Part shown: in pieces, positions 40,143 to 51,046 of the stretch
Layout: each line of letters opens with the position of its first letter
Position numbering within the stretch: the stretch's first letter is position 1
Translations under genes and position numbers: made by a program
Origin: Sedimentisphaerales bacterium
GTDB taxonomy: Bacteria > Planctomycetota > Phycisphaerae > Sedimentisphaerales > Anaerobacaceae
Length of the DNA: 64,000 nucleotides
Assembly (NCBI GenBank): GCA_963708075.1
Contig: OY970194.1
Location: forward strand, 2,208,001 to 2,272,000
Direction: 5' to 3'
Notes under the pieces: generated by a model
Databases searched by the model: none
What the model saw: the letters and a program-made list of their open reading frames with translations, nothing else
What the model was told of the DNA's origin: nothing

Positions 40143-42432
40143 AGCCGCGATTGAGGACAGGCCGCTGAGAATCCTCGAAGCCGTTCTGCTGGGCCTGTGC
40201 CTGTGCATCCTGGCGCTCCGCGTGACGTACACGGAAGCACCGACCGTGCTGATGAGTGCCATGATGCCGGCCAATCTTACCGACACCTTGTACAGCCTGA
40301 CCGTGTCCAGCGTGTTAGTCTTTGCATTCGTCTTCTGGCTCGCCGTGCGCGTATATCGCGGCAGGCTCACGTACAGCGTTACGGGCATGGAATTCGGGCT
40401 GGTCCTGTTTGTCCTGGCCGCAGCAATCGCCGCGGCCGGCGCTTCGGACAAGCGAGCAGCGATCAATCAGACCTTGACGCTCGTGGGCCCGCTCTTCGCC
40501 GCCCTGCTGCTGACGCAAATCTTGAGCACGGATCTGCGAATCCGGCTGGTACTGGCGGTCGTGGTCGGCCTGGGTGTCGTCTCCGCGTACCAGTGCGCCG
40601 AACAACTCTTCGTGAGTAACAAAGCCACAATTGAGCAATACGAACAGGACCCCAAGATGCTGCTCGATCCGCTTGGCATCGAGCCCGGCACGTTCCCGCA
40701 GTTTTTGTTCGAGCACCGGCTGTACTCCCGTGGCATTCGCGGCCACTTCACCACAAGCAACTCGGCCGCCTCGTTCTCCATCATGGCATCATTCGCCGCC
40801 CTTGTCCTGCTGCTCCGCCGGCGTGCGGACCACAAGGCTCACCCCGACAAGTCCTCTCCGTCGCTATTGCCTGCATTGGCCACACTTATGGTCATCGCGG
40901 GGTTGCTCCTGACAAAGAGCAAAGGGGGCATCCTGGCGTTTATCGCCGGTGCGGCCCTGTTCGTAGGACTGCTGGCCCTTCGAAGGCAGCTTGCCGCGCA
41001 TAGGCGTCTCGTGCTCGCAGTCGCCGCCCCGCTGGTCATTCTGTTGGCCGGCGTAGCGGGCTATGTCATGGTCGGCTACGGCCTCCGGCACGACTCCCTG
41101 CCCGGCGGCAACTCCATGCTCGTGCGGTGGCAGTACTGGGCGGCCTCGGCACGCATGTACGCGGATCATCCCTGGACCGGAGTCGGACTCGGCAACTTCT
41201 CGAACCACTACCCGCACTACAAGCCGGCCCCGGCGCTGGAGTCCGTTTCCGACCCGCACAACGTCGCGCTGAGCCTGCTGACCCAATGCGGCCCGCTCGG
41301 GCTGCTCGGTTTCTTCGCGATGATCTTCGTGCCCCTGTGGCGGCTCGCCGGCTCCACCGCAGGCCCGCTTGCCGAGGATGCGCATCCGCCGTCGCCCTTC
41401 CGCAGGCCGGCCCTGCAGATGTTGTTTGCGGTATTGGGTTCGATGATTGTCTTGCGGCCGATGCTGATCCCAACCATGCCGGGCGGCGGAGTGGAAGTCC
41501 TGCTGTATGAGATCATCACTTTGTATGTCGCTCCGGCCGCGGCCTTCCTCATCGGGTACACGTTGATCACGGCTCCACTGGAACAGGAGCTTCCGCCGCC
41601 ATCGGTCTTCAACCGGACAATTCTGCTCGCGGCCATGGCCAGTGCAGTTCTTGCCGTGCTGCTGCACAATCTGATCGATTTCGCCATCTTCGAGCCGGGC
41701 GTGTGGATGACTTTCTGGGTCGCGATGGCCTGCCTCGTCGCGGGCAACTCGCCGCAGCGAGCCGACGCCCCTGCGGCCAGGCAACTGCCACCCGCGTGGC
41801 GAGCCGGCATCATTGCCGGAGCTGTGCTTCTGGCGGGAGCGCACTACTTTTATGTGTGGCGGCCGGTCTGGAGCACGACGGTTAAGATGCAGAACGCTTT
41901 GCAGGCAGCCTCTGCCGGCCAGTTCGATCGGGCGCACAGCGACCTGGATGCCGCCTTCGCCGTCGATCCGCTCTCTTCCATCACGGCCAATCTCAATGGT
42001 CGGCTCTACCTCCAGCAGTACGAGACAGCCAGGCAAAAGCAGCCCGAGCTACTTGAGCAAGCCACCAGGTACCTGCGTAAGGCTATCGACGCAAATCCGG
42101 CGGACTACAGGAACTATGAGAAACTCGCGCTCGCGTACAGCCAGTGGCAGCGATGGCAGGACGCTCACGACTGGTATCTCAAGGCTGCGGAACTCTATCC
42201 CGGCTGCGAGCGGCTCTGGTTCAAACTGGGGCAGGCGGCCGACCAGCTCGGCAAATCCGACGCTGCACTCACTTATTATACAAAAGCCGTCGAAATCGAG
42301 GAGAGCTATCAGCAACAGTTCCGGCGGATGTACCCCGAGCGGCCAAAAGTGATCAGCCGCCTCGGCGACAAGGATCTGGCCATCGCCAGGAAGCGGATCG
42401 AGGAGCTGTCAAGCCAGGCGGAGAACAAGTGA
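40123..42432 (+). CDS. O-antigen ligase family protein with C-terminal TPR repeats
   Basis: LTKSKGG, R.QYW, HPWTGVGLGNF, DPHN, LHNLIDF, then TPR helices. Confidence 0.85.
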   Translation: MSRKTAKAAIEDRPLRILEAVLLGLCLCILALRVTYTEAPTVLMSAMMPANLTDTLYSLTVSSVLVFAFVFWLAVRVYRGRLTYSVTGMEFGLVLFVLAAAIAAAGASDKRAAINQTLTLVGPLFAALLLTQILSTDLRIRLVLAVVVGLGVVSAYQCAEQLFVSNKATIEQYEQDPKMLLDPLGIEPGTFPQFLFEHRLYSRGIRGHFTTSNSAASFSIMASFAALVLLLRRRADHKAHPDKSSPSLLPALATLMVIAGLLLTKSKGGILAFIAGAALFVGLLALRRQLAAHRRLVLAVAAPLVILLAGVAGYVMVGYGLRHDSLPGGNSMLVRWQYWAASARMYADHPWTGVGLGNFSNHYPHYKPAPALESVSDPHNVALSLLTQCGPLGLLGFFAMIFVPLWRLAGSTAGPLAEDAHPPSPFRRPALQMLFAVLGSMIVLRPMLIPTMPGGGVEVLLYEIITLYVAPAAAFLIGYTLITAPLEQELPPPSVFNRTILLAAMASAVLAVLLHNLIDFAIFEPGVWMTFWVAMACLVAGNSPQRADAPAARQLPPAWRAGIIAGAVLLAGAHYFYVWRPVWSTTVKMQNALQAASAGQFDRAHSDLDAAFAVDPLSSITANLNGRLYLQQYETARQKQPELLEQATRYLRKAIDANPADYRNYEKLALAYSQWQRWQDAHDWYLKAAELYPGCERLWFKLGQAADQLGKSDAALTYYTKAVEIEESYQQQFRRMYPERPKVISRLGDKDLAIARKRIEELSSQAENK

Positions 42433-42446
42433 TGTGAACGCATGCT

Positions 42447-42524
42447 GGGCGCCATGGTTACGTTTGCGTAAGTATGCTACACCCATCAAAACAAACATGT
42501 CCACGCAAGCGTGGACATGGTACC
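42447..42524. repeat. GGTGCCATG-type REP doublet, degenerate
   Basis: gggcgccatggttacgtttgcgtaagtatg...catgtccacgcaagcgtggacatggtacc. Confidence 0.8.
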
Positions 42525-42614
42525 TGTGGCAATTCATTCCCTGGGAGTAACGCAACGGCGAAGCGATCCTGCCATATCGAAGTGGATCGCAAAGCCACTG
42601 CAGGGTCCAGGCAG

Positions 42615-43366
42615 TTACACGGAGACCTTCGCCATCACCTCTTCGGGGATATCGAAGTTCGCGTAGGCGTTCTGCACATCGTCGTGGTCCTCGAAGGCCT
42701 CCATGAGCGAGATGACCTTCCTGGCCGTATTCTCATCCGCGATGCTGACCGTCGCCTGAGGGATCTTGGCGACTTCCGCCGTCTCGATCGGAATCCCCTT
42801 CTCTTCCAGGGCCTTCTTCAATCCCTCATATGCGGCGGGTTCACTGGTGATCTCGTAGAACTTGCCCGTGTTCAGCATGTCCTCGGCCCCCGCGCCAGGA
42901 CGAGCTCCATCAGGTCATCCTCGCCAACTTTGTCCGTGGGAACCGTGATCATGCCCTTCTGCTTGAAGGTCCAGCTCACGCAGCCGGGAGTGCCGAGCGA
43001 GCCCCCGTGCTTTTCGAAGACCCGCTTGATCTCCGGGCCGGTGCGGTTGCGGTTATCCGTCAACACTTCCACAACGATGGCGACGCCGCTTGGCCCGTAG
43101 CCTTCGTACTGGATCGACTCGAAGTTGACCCCTTCGACACCGCCGGTGCCGCGCTTGATCGCCTTCTCGATGGTGTCCTTGGGCATGTTGGCCGCCTTGG
43201 CCTTGTCGATCGCGTAGCGCAGCGTCATGTTCATCCCCGGATCGCCGCCGCCGCTCTTGGCCGCGACAATGATCGCCCTCGCCAGCTTGCTCCACAGCTT
43301 GCCTCGCTTGGCATCAAGTGCGCCTTTCTTATGCTTGATGGTCGCCCAATGTGAATGACCTGACAT
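42615..43366 (-). CDS. yebC: YebC/PmpR family protein, frameshift near 42890
   Basis: [33 protein letters not shown]-terminal [12 protein letters not shown] in the second frame. Confidence 0.92.
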
Positions 43367-43606
43367 TGTATCTCCTTAACTATCCGTGACGGGGTAACCC
43401 CAACCTATCATTTGTAACGCTGTATTATACCTTTCCTCCGGTCAATACATAGCGAATTTTCACCGAATCCGAGCGGCCGGGATTGCACGCAGGCCACCGG
43501 CCCGGCGAAATCGCCAATTGCTTTTCCCACAAGTATTTACGTTCGCTCCCCCCTTGCAGGATCGTTGAATCCCGGCAAAATTCGCACCCTGCCTCAGCCA
43601 CGCGCA

Positions 43607-43994
43607 TTACATGTAGTCGACCAGCCTGCTGATGCGGTCGTCGCAAAGCGTGAAGAAGGAGGCGCCGCGGAGTCTGAGTTCCTGGCCGGCCTTCCTGCCG
43701 TCCGGCAGGTCCTTCGCCAATCGGCACCAGTAGTCGATCTCCACAGCAACATGCCCCTCGTCGATCACCCAGGCGGTCGGCGTCTGCCGCCTCTGCTCGA
43801 ACCATTCGACGCTCATCCTCGCAAGCCGGCCCAGCTCCTCCCTGCCGGCGGTCCGAATCACGCCCGTCGTATTCGGAGACCGATTCAAAGACCGCATCCT
43901 CTGTGAAGAGCCCCACCATGCCATCGACATCTTTGTCGTTGTAGCAGCGCAGGTACCGCTCGATGAGCTCTCGATTGGCAGGATCCATGCCCAT
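43607..43994 (-). CDS. NTF2/SnoaL-like protein, frameshift near 43875
   Basis: LIERYLRCYNDKDVDGMVGLFTEDAVFE joins ...VAVEIDY...LRGASFF..DDRISRLVDY. Confidence 0.8.
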
Positions 43995-44033
43995 CCCTCC
44001 AAGTTCAGCCGGATAAGGCCGGCCCCTTCCGAC

Positions 44034-44642
44034 TCAATCCGCCTTCAACAGCCGGGTGGCCCAGGCGGCTTTGTCCACGCGCGGAGGCTTCCACACGGCC
44101 AGCTTATCCAGCAGCGCCTCCGGCGAATCATCGACCAGCAGCAGCGTTCGGTGAACAGTGTCGATGAACTGCTGCTCCACGGCATGATCGATAAACCGGA
44201 TCAGGTGGTCGAAGTAACCTTTGACATTGAGCAGGCCACACGGCTTTGTGTGCAGACCGAGCTGCGCCCACGTCAGGGCCTCGAAGAACTCCTCCGCCGT
44301 GCCGAACCCGCCGGGCATCGCAACGAAGCCGTCCGCCAGGTCGGCCATCATGGCCTTGCGGGCGTGCATCGTCTCGACCACGCGCAATGACGTTGCCGTC
44401 TTCAGTCCAAGCCCTCTGTCCATCAAATCCTTCGGAATCACGCCGATGACCTCGCCGCCACGTTGCAGGACCGTCTCGGCCAGGACGCCCATCAACCCGA
44501 TCCTTCCACCGCCGAAGACCAGGCCGAAGCTCCGTTCGACCAACGCACGCCCCAAAGCGCGGGCCGCCTCTGCATACTCGTCGCGCCCGCCTGCGCCACT
44601 GCCGCAATACACACATATCCGTCTCAGCATAATGTCTCTCAT
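44034..44642 (-). CDS. LOG family (TIGR00730-type) nucleotide phosphoribohydrolase
   Basis: ICVYCGS, GGGRIGLMG, MHARK and PGGFGTAEE. Confidence 0.92.
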   Translation of the reverse strand: MRDIMLRRICVYCGSGAGGRDEYAEAARALGRALVERSFGLVFGGGRIGLMGVLAETVLQRGGEVIGVIPKDLMDRGLGLKTATSLRVVETMHARKAMMADLADGFVAMPGGFGTAEEFFEALTWAQLGLHTKPCGLLNVKGYFDHLIRFIDHAVEQQFIDTVHRTLLLVDDSPEALLDKLAVWKPPRVDKAAWATRLLKAD

Positions 44643-44837
44643 ATGCGGGATCAGCTATCCATGTTCACCTGTGACCTGCACGAGGATAGTGCAAATCAGC
44701 TCGCTTTTCCACAACAAGTCCCCCCGCCGCTTCACGAACGGCAATGGCAAACAGGATTTGCATTCTTGCGGGTCTGACTCTTACAATAGCATCATGTGGC
44801 CAGAGGCCGGTGTTCAAGATGGCACTGGAGAACCAAG

Positions 44838-45710
44838 ATGAATCCGGAAATTTACTCGACACCGTTTCACTCCATCAATGTCCGGCTCCTTTGGGCGGCA
44901 GGCTGCCTTCTCTTGATCACTGGGTGCACGACACACCCGGCGGCGAAGCCCACGCGTATTTACATCATGACCGATCTGGAGGGGGCGAGCGGCGTGTACC
45001 AGTTCGCGCAGACGCGCGAGCCGGGCCCGCTGAATGACAAGGCGAAGGAGTACCTGATGGGCGACATCGCGGCCGTGGTTCGTGGGCTGCGGGCGGGCGG
45101 CGCGACCGATATCGTGGTGCTGGACGGTCATGGGCCCGGAGCGTTTGTCCCAGCCCTGATGGAGCCGGGCGCCAAATACATCACGGGCAAACCCCGTTCC
45201 GGCTGGCTGACGGATCTCGACAGCTCGTTCGCCGGCGTGGTCCAGCTCGGCGCCCACGCGATGATGGGAACACCGGACGGAGTGCTCTGCCATACCCAAT
45301 CCTCGCGCACGGAGAATCGCTACTGGTACAATGGCGTGGAATCCGGCGAGTTGGCTCAATGTGCGGCCGTCGCCGGGGGCTACGCCATTCCGACGATCCT
45401 GGTGACAGGCGATGAGGCGACCTGTCGCGAAGCCTGTAAATTCTTCGGGTCCGAGTGTGTCACGGTGGCCGTCAAACGGGGCATCTCGCGCGAGGCGGCC
45501 GAACTCTATCCGTTCGAGCAGACACGTCGGGCTCTCTACGAGGGCGCCAGGCGAGCCGTGTCTGCCATCCCACGCTGCCGGCCCTACAAACTCTCTCTTC
45601 CTATCCAGGCGAAAAAGGAGTATCTGGTCTTTGAGAATCCCTCCGGGTCAAGCCGCCGGGTCAGTAAGGAAGGCACCATCGACGACGTCCTGAAGCTGCT
45701 GGATTTCTAA
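44838..45710 (+). CDS. M55 family metallopeptidase (DppA-like), probable lipoprotein
   Basis: ITGC lipobox, YIMTDLEG, DGHG, GAHAMMG, LCHTQ and VTGD. Confidence 0.88.
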   Translation: MNPEIYSTPFHSINVRLLWAAGCLLLITGCTTHPAAKPTRIYIMTDLEGASGVYQFAQTREPGPLNDKAKEYLMGDIAAVVRGLRAGGATDIVVLDGHGPGAFVPALMEPGAKYITGKPRSGWLTDLDSSFAGVVQLGAHAMMGTPDGVLCHTQSSRTENRYWYNGVESGELAQCAAVAGGYAIPTILVTGDEATCREACKFFGSECVTVAVKRGISREAAELYPFEQTRRALYEGARRAVSAIPRCRPYKLSLPIQAKKEYLVFENPSGSSRRVSKEGTIDDVLKLLDF

Positions 45711-48700
45711 AGCGCGGCGGCCCCGGAGGCCCCCTGGTCCGGGACAGCAATCAGAATCCGGCTGCCCATGCCCGGCGTGCTCCGGATCTTCATCCGGCCA
45801 CCCAGCAGTCGGACGCGCTCGCGGATGCTGAGCAGTCCGACTCCGGCTGCCCCTTCGAGTCCTTGTGGGTCGAACCCCCGTCCCTGGTCGACTACCGACA
45901 GGTAGATGCTTTGTCCCATGCGTCGCACACGGACCCTGGCCTCGCGGACCCCCGCGTGCTTAACGACGTTGAACAGCAGCTCCTGAGCCACTTTGTACAG
46001 GAAGGCCTTCACCGGCTCTGAGGGTGAATCGACCTGGCCGTGAGCTTCCACGCGGACGATCAAGCCGTGTTTTTGCTCCATGTGACGGGCCAGCCACTCC
46101 AGGATCTCCGTCAGCTCGACCTGGTATATCGCCGGGCTGAGCTCGTGGGACAGACTGCGTGACCTCTCGATCGCGTCCCTGAGCAACTGTCTGACCTGCT
46201 GGATGATTCGCTGGGATTCTTCGGCACTGTATGTCCCACTGCACAGCAGATTCAGGTGGAACCTGGCCGCCGCCAGCATCTGCTGCACGTCCTCGTGGAG
46301 AATATCGGCAATGCGTTTGCGCTCGCGGTCTTCGGCCTGCGACAACTCCAACGTGAGTTGTCGCAGCCGGTCTACCGTACGGCGGAGGGCCTCCGTGCGC
46401 TGGGCGACCTGCAGCTCCAGTCGCTCATTCAAGCTGCGCAGCGCCTCCTCGGCCTGCTTGCGATCTGTGACATCCTGTATGTGCGTGACACAATAAAGCG
46501 CCCGGCCATTGGCATCGCGCACCGAGGCCGTGTTCATGTCGCCCCAGACGACGGCGCCGTCTTTTCGGATGTAGCGTTTCTCCATGCGGAAGGAGGATAT
46601 CTCGCCGCAGGCCAGCCGCCGGGTCCCGACGAGGTTCGCGGCGACATCGTCGGGATGGGTGATCTCGGTGAAGGACCGCCCGACGAGTTCCGACTCGCTG
46701 AACCCGAGCATCCGGCAGAAGGAGGAATTGACCTTCAACAGCGTCGAGTCCAACGCGGTCAATGCCATGCCCACCGCGCCCTCCTCGAAGGCGGCGCGGA
46801 AACGCTCCTCGCTCTCGCGCAGCGCTTCCTCCGCCCGTTTGCGTTCGGTGATATCTCTGAAGCCCACGATTCTCGCATTGCGCCCCTGGAACCGGCAGGA
46901 AGCCCCAAAGGACTCCACTTTCACGATGCGTCCATCTCGGTGCCGGAACTCGATCTCGAAGTACCCGGTCGCCCCGGAACGGATGTATTGCCGGATGCGC
47001 TCTTGCGATTCGGGGACGAACATGTCAATGGGCCTGGAGCCCATCAGCTCCTCGCGGGTGTATCCCGTCATCTCGGCCAAGCGGTCATTCAGTTGAACGA
47101 TCTGGAAGTCCTCATGCACGAGAATGCCGTCAAAACCGTGCTCCAGCAGAATCCGATACCGTTCCTCGCTCTCCAATAAGGCGGCCTGTGCCTGCTTCTG
47201 CTGCGTGATGTCCTGCACAGTGCCAACGAGCCGGACAGGTCTGTTGCCGTCGGCAAAGATCAACTCGCCTCGCCCGCTTAACACGCGGATGGAGCCGTCC
47301 GGAAAGATCACGCGAAACTCCATGGCCTCGGTATGCTCACCCGTCGCCATGGCTCTCATGGACTCACGCATCGCGTCGCGATCGTCAGGGTGCAGCAGGG
47401 CGATCATGGTGTCTGCGGAAGGCACGAACGCGTCCGGGGAGACTCCGAAGAGCCGATAGGTTTCACTGGTCCAGGTGACGGCATCGGTCGCCAGATCCAC
47501 ACTCCAGGTTCCGATGTGGCCGATCCGCTGCGACTCGGACAGGAGATGTTCTTTTTCCCGCAGCGCTTCCTCCGCCTGCTTGCGTTCGGTAATGTCCAAG
47601 GCCGTACCGATGTAGCCGCGCGATTCGCCTCCAGGTCCCAGCAGGGGCACAGCCGTGTCGATGACCCAGCGGTAGTCCCCCCGGCGGTTGCGGATACGAT
47701 ATTCGATGGAATAGCGATCCCCTCGCTCGATGGCAGACTGCATGGCTGTCACAACGCGGTCCCGGTCCTCCGGGTACACCTCGTCGGCCCAGTTCCAGCC
47801 GGCTTCCTCCTCAAGGGTCCTTCCTCGGAAGTCAAGCCACGCCTGGTTCAGAAAGGTGATTTCCCCCTTCTCGTTCGTGACCCCGATCATGATCGGGGCC
47901 TGGTCGGCCATGGCCCGAAACTTCTCTTCGCTCACTCGCAGCGACTCCTCCGCCCGCTTGCGTTCGGTGATGTCCCGGGCGAAGGCGCAGTCGTACTCGC
48001 GGCCGCCGAACTCCAGGTAATTCGCTCTGATTTCGACGGGATAGATCTTCCCGTCCCTAGCCTGATGGACCGTCTCAAAGACGATGCTCTTTTCCTTCTT
48101 GAGCCGGCGCCAGCTATCGGCCCACATGCTCTGCGTAAATGCCGGGTCGATATCATATACCGTCATCTTCAGCAGCTCATCGCGGGAATAGCCCAATGCC
48201 TGGCAGGCCGCTTCGTTCACGTAGAAGAACCCCGCATCTTTGGTCATCCAGAATGCGGCATCTGCCGTGTGATCCACGGCAAACTGGGTGAACTGCAGCG
48301 ACTCCTCCGCCCGCTTGCGCTCGGTGATGTCGTGGACCATGCCAAAGGAGCGGATGATCCGGCCGGATGCATCGCGGATGTGTTCACACTTCTCATGAAC
48401 GATGCGGATCTCGCCGGTGGACCTCCTGACGACACGGTGTTCGATCTCATAGGTGTCTCGTCCCTCGCGCAGCGAGCTGGAATAGGCGGCGTCCACCGCA
48501 TCGCGATCATCCGGATGCACATAGGTCAGGAAGGCTTCATAGGAAGCGCCGAATTCCTGCGGCTGCAGACCGAAGATCCGATACACCTCATCGGACCAGG
48601 ACAAATGATCGTTCGTCAGATCGAGCTCCCAGCTTCCGAGATGGGCGATCTCCTGCGCCCGCTTCAACCGTTGCTCGCTTTCTCGCAGCGCCTCCTCCGC

Positions 48701-50788
48701 CCCCTTGCGCTCGGTGATGTCCTGGGCCACGCCCTCTACAGCAATCACCCTGCCCTCCGCGTCAAGAACCGGCACTTCCTGTACCTCCAGCCACCGGCTC
48801 GATCCGTCCTTGTGCCAAATGTTGACCTCGTAGGGCGGCTGACGAATCCCTTGAAGGGTCAGTTCGGTATGCCGGCGTGCAGCCTGATTGGCAGGATGAT
48901 CTGTGAAGTATTTGCCATAATGAGGCATGCCTTCATCCAGCGTATAACCGAGGACCTCAGTGACCGACTCACTCACGTATGTAAGCATTCCCTTCGTGTC
49001 GTGCACGTAGATGAAATGAGACCCCTTGAGGTTCTCGATCAACCGCCGGTACCGCTGCTCGCTCTCCCGCAGCGCCTCCTCCGCCCGCTTGCGCGAGGTC
49101 ACGTCGCGGTCGATGCCCGTATACCCCAGGAAGGATCCGTCTTCTGCGAACATCGGCATGCCGCTGGTCTCGACGGCGACCAGAACGCCATCCTTCCGCA
49201 CGAGCGTGTTCTCGAGCAGCTCCAGGGGCTTCCGCGCGAGATAGATGGGGCGGAAGGCGTTCCTGACCCGCTGTGCTTCGGCGGGCGGCATGAAGTCGAA
49301 GGGCGTTTTTCCCACGATCTCCTCGGGCGCGTACCCCAGCAGTTCCAGCGAGCGAGGGCTCGAGTAGGTGTATACACCGTTCGCATCGATCTCCCAGACC
49401 CAGTCGTTGATCTTCTCCACCAGCCCGCGGTATTTCTTGCGGCTCTCGGCCAGCGCCTCTTCCGCCCGCTTGCGCTCGGTGATGTCCTGGACCGTCCCAT
49501 GCATCATGACAGGCCGCCCATCGCTGCTCCGCAGGACCTGCGCCTGTGCGTGAATCACCCTCTCTCGGCCGTCCGGCAGTGTGATTCGATAGTCCAGATC
49601 GTAGTCCCTGGTGCCGCTCAAGGCGTCGGCCAGAGCGTGATCGACGCGATGTCGGTCCTCCGGAACGATTCTTGAGAGGAAGTCCTCGCGATGCTGCTGA
49701 AGCGGCCCGCGAGCAATGCCGAAAATCCGGAACGTCTCCTCCGACCAACTGGCCGTGTCCTCGCCAACGCTCCACTGCCAGGAGCCGATGTGAGCCAGGC
49801 GCTGGGCGGCGACCAGCCCTGCCTCACTTTCCTGCAGCTCCCTCGTTCGTGCTTCGACCAACTCCTCCAAATGCTCCGCGTGCTGCCGGAGTTCCTCCTC
49901 CATCCGCTTACGCGCCGTGATATCGGAGAATATGCCGTGGGCATACCACTGTCCATCCTTCTCGTAGCTCGACACCGACCGGTCGTGCAGCCAGATCCAG
50001 GCCCCGTCCTTGCGCCGGATTCTGTATTCGACGTCATACTTCTTGTTCTTCGTGAACAGCTCGTGAAAGGCCTCTTCCATGCGCGGCCGGTCGTCGGGAT
50101 GAACGTTTCCCAGCCAGGTATCGCTCGCGGCGTAAATCTCCTCGGCAGAGTACCCATAGACGTCCATTACGTTCGGGCTGATGAACAGCGTGCGTCCCTG
50201 CCGATCCGTCGTCCACGTGACGTCGGGGATGTTCTCCACCAGGGAACGGTATTTCCGCTCACTCTCGGCCAGCGACTCCTCCGCCCGCTTGCGCTCGGTG
50301 ATATCCTTCAGGGCGACCAGCATATGTCGTCTGCCGTCGAGCAGCACCAGGTTGGGGCTCACATCGGCAAAAAGGATGCTCCCATCCTTTCGCTTGAATC
50401 GGATATCACAACGGACCGGCTTGCCCCCTTTGAGGAATTCCTCGATTTGCGCGTAGATAAAAGGAAGGTCCGCTTCGGGATGGATATCCGCGACGCTAAG
50501 CGTCATGAGCTCTTCCTCGGTATAGCCCAGCATCTGCGAGCAGGACTTGTTGCATATCGTGAGTCTCCGGGTTTCCAAATCGTGCAGAAAGATCCCGTCG
50601 CTGGTGTTGTCGAAGATCGTCTTGAATCTTTGTTCCGCCTCGCGCAGTGATTTCTCGGCTTCCGCGTTCACCGGCTCTTTGATCCGGCGGGCGAGCCGTG
50701 GCTGCGATTTGTTTGGGTGCAATCGCTCTGCATTCCGGCTTGGCCGGCGTATGTTCTCGCTCGTTCTGGACTTCCGGCTCCTGACCAT
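45707..50788 (-). CDS. Cytoplasmic sensor histidine kinase with 11 PAS domains (HisKA_3 + HATPase)
   Basis: Eleven D(I/V)T..K...(E/Q) PAS linkers, ERKRIADILHEDVQQ, ELLFNVVKHA, DQGRGF and GLLSIRER; no TM segment seen. Confidence 0.92.
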   Translation of the reverse strand: MVRSRKSRTSENIRRPSRNAERLHPNKSQPRLARRIKEPVNAEAEKSLREAEQRFKTIFDNTSDGIFLHDLETRRLTICNKSCSQMLGYTEEELMTLSVADIHPEADLPFIYAQIEEFLKGGKPVRCDIRFKRKDGSILFADVSPNLVLLDGRRHMLVALKDITERKRAEESLAESERKYRSLVENIPDVTWTTDRQGRTLFISPNVMDVYGYSAEEIYAASDTWLGNVHPDDRPRMEEAFHELFTKNKKYDVEYRIRRKDGAWIWLHDRSVSSYEKDGQWYAHGIFSDITARKRMEEELRQHAEHLEELVEARTRELQESEAGLVAAQRLAHIGSWQWSVGEDTASWSEETFRIFGIARGPLQQHREDFLSRIVPEDRHRVDHALADALSGTRDYDLDYRITLPDGRERVIHAQAQVLRSSDGRPVMMHGTVQDITERKRAEEALAESRKKYRGLVEKINDWVWEIDANGVYTYSSPRSLELLGYAPEEIVGKTPFDFMPPAEAQRVRNAFRPIYLARKPLELLENTLVRKDGVLVAVETSGMPMFAEDGSFLGYTGIDRDVTSRKRAEEALRESEQRYRRLIENLKGSHFIYVHDTKGMLTYVSESVTEVLGYTLDEGMPHYGKYFTDHPANQAARRHTELTLQGIRQPPYEVNIWHKDGSSRWLEVQEVPVLDAEGRVIAVEGVAQDITERKGAEEALRESEQRLKRAQEIAHLGSWELDLTNDHLSWSDEVYRIFGLQPQEFGASYEAFLTYVHPDDRDAVDAAYSSSLREGRDTYEIEHRVVRRSTGEIRIVHEKCEHIRDASGRIIRSFGMVHDITERKRAEESLQFTQFAVDHTADAAFWMTKDAGFFYVNEAACQALGYSRDELLKMTVYDIDPAFTQSMWADSWRRLKKEKSIVFETVHQARDGKIYPVEIRANYLEFGGREYDCAFARDITERKRAEESLRVSEEKFRAMADQAPIMIGVTNEKGEITFLNQAWLDFRGRTLEEEAGWNWADEVYPEDRDRVVTAMQSAIERGDRYSIEYRIRNRRGDYRWVIDTAVPLLGPGGESRGYIGTALDITERKQAEEALREKEHLLSESQRIGHIGTWSVDLATDAVTWTSETYRLFGVSPDAFVPSADTMIALLHPDDRDAMRESMRAMATGEHTEAMEFRVIFPDGSIRVLSGRGELIFADGNRPVRLVGTVQDITQQKQAQAALLESEERYRILLEHGFDGILVHEDFQIVQLNDRLAEMTGYTREELMGSRPIDMFVPESQERIRQYIRSGATGYFEIEFRHRDGRIVKVESFGASCRFQGRNARIVGFRDITERKRAEEALRESEERFRAAFEEGAVGMALTALDSTLLKVNSSFCRMLGFSESELVGRSFTEITHPDDVAANLVGTRRLACGEISSFRMEKRYIRKDGAVVWGDMNTASVRDANGRALYCVTHIQDVTDRKQAEEALRSLNERLELQVAQRTEALRRTVDRLRQLTLELSQAEDRERKRIADILHEDVQQMLAAARFHLNLLCSGTYSAEESQRIIQQVRQLLRDAIERSRSLSHELSPAIYQVELTEILEWLARHMEQKHGLIVRVEAHGQVDSPSEPVKAFLYKVAQELLFNVVKHAGVREARVRVRRMGQSIYLSVVDQGRGFDPQGLEGAAGVGLLSIRERVRLLGGRMKIRSTPGMGSRILIAVPDQGASGAAAL

Positions 50789-51046
50789 AACACGATTCCC
50801 CGGGCACTTGGCGAAACGGAGGAATTCCTTTGCAAAGCTCAAAGCGATCGAAAGCAAATTCTCATAATGCGGGCATCTCTTGTACGTCTCTTGTACAAGA
50901 ATACTGAGGAATTGTCGGGGTGTTCTTCAGGAAATCCCTTGCCTCCCCGCGGCTCATTTCGAGCGCACTTCACCTGTCTGACGCCGCGCGCCTCAACCAT
51001 CATATGCCCGGATTCGCAGGTGCAAAAGACGCAGTAGCAACCGCGA

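Noticed and set aside
45707..50788. Regularly spaced DNA repeats as a CRISPR array, and long opposite-strand ORFs such as 47333..49675
   Set aside because: The repeats are coding PAS linkers about 370 bp apart with no cas genes nearby; the antisense ORFs are high-GC shadows.
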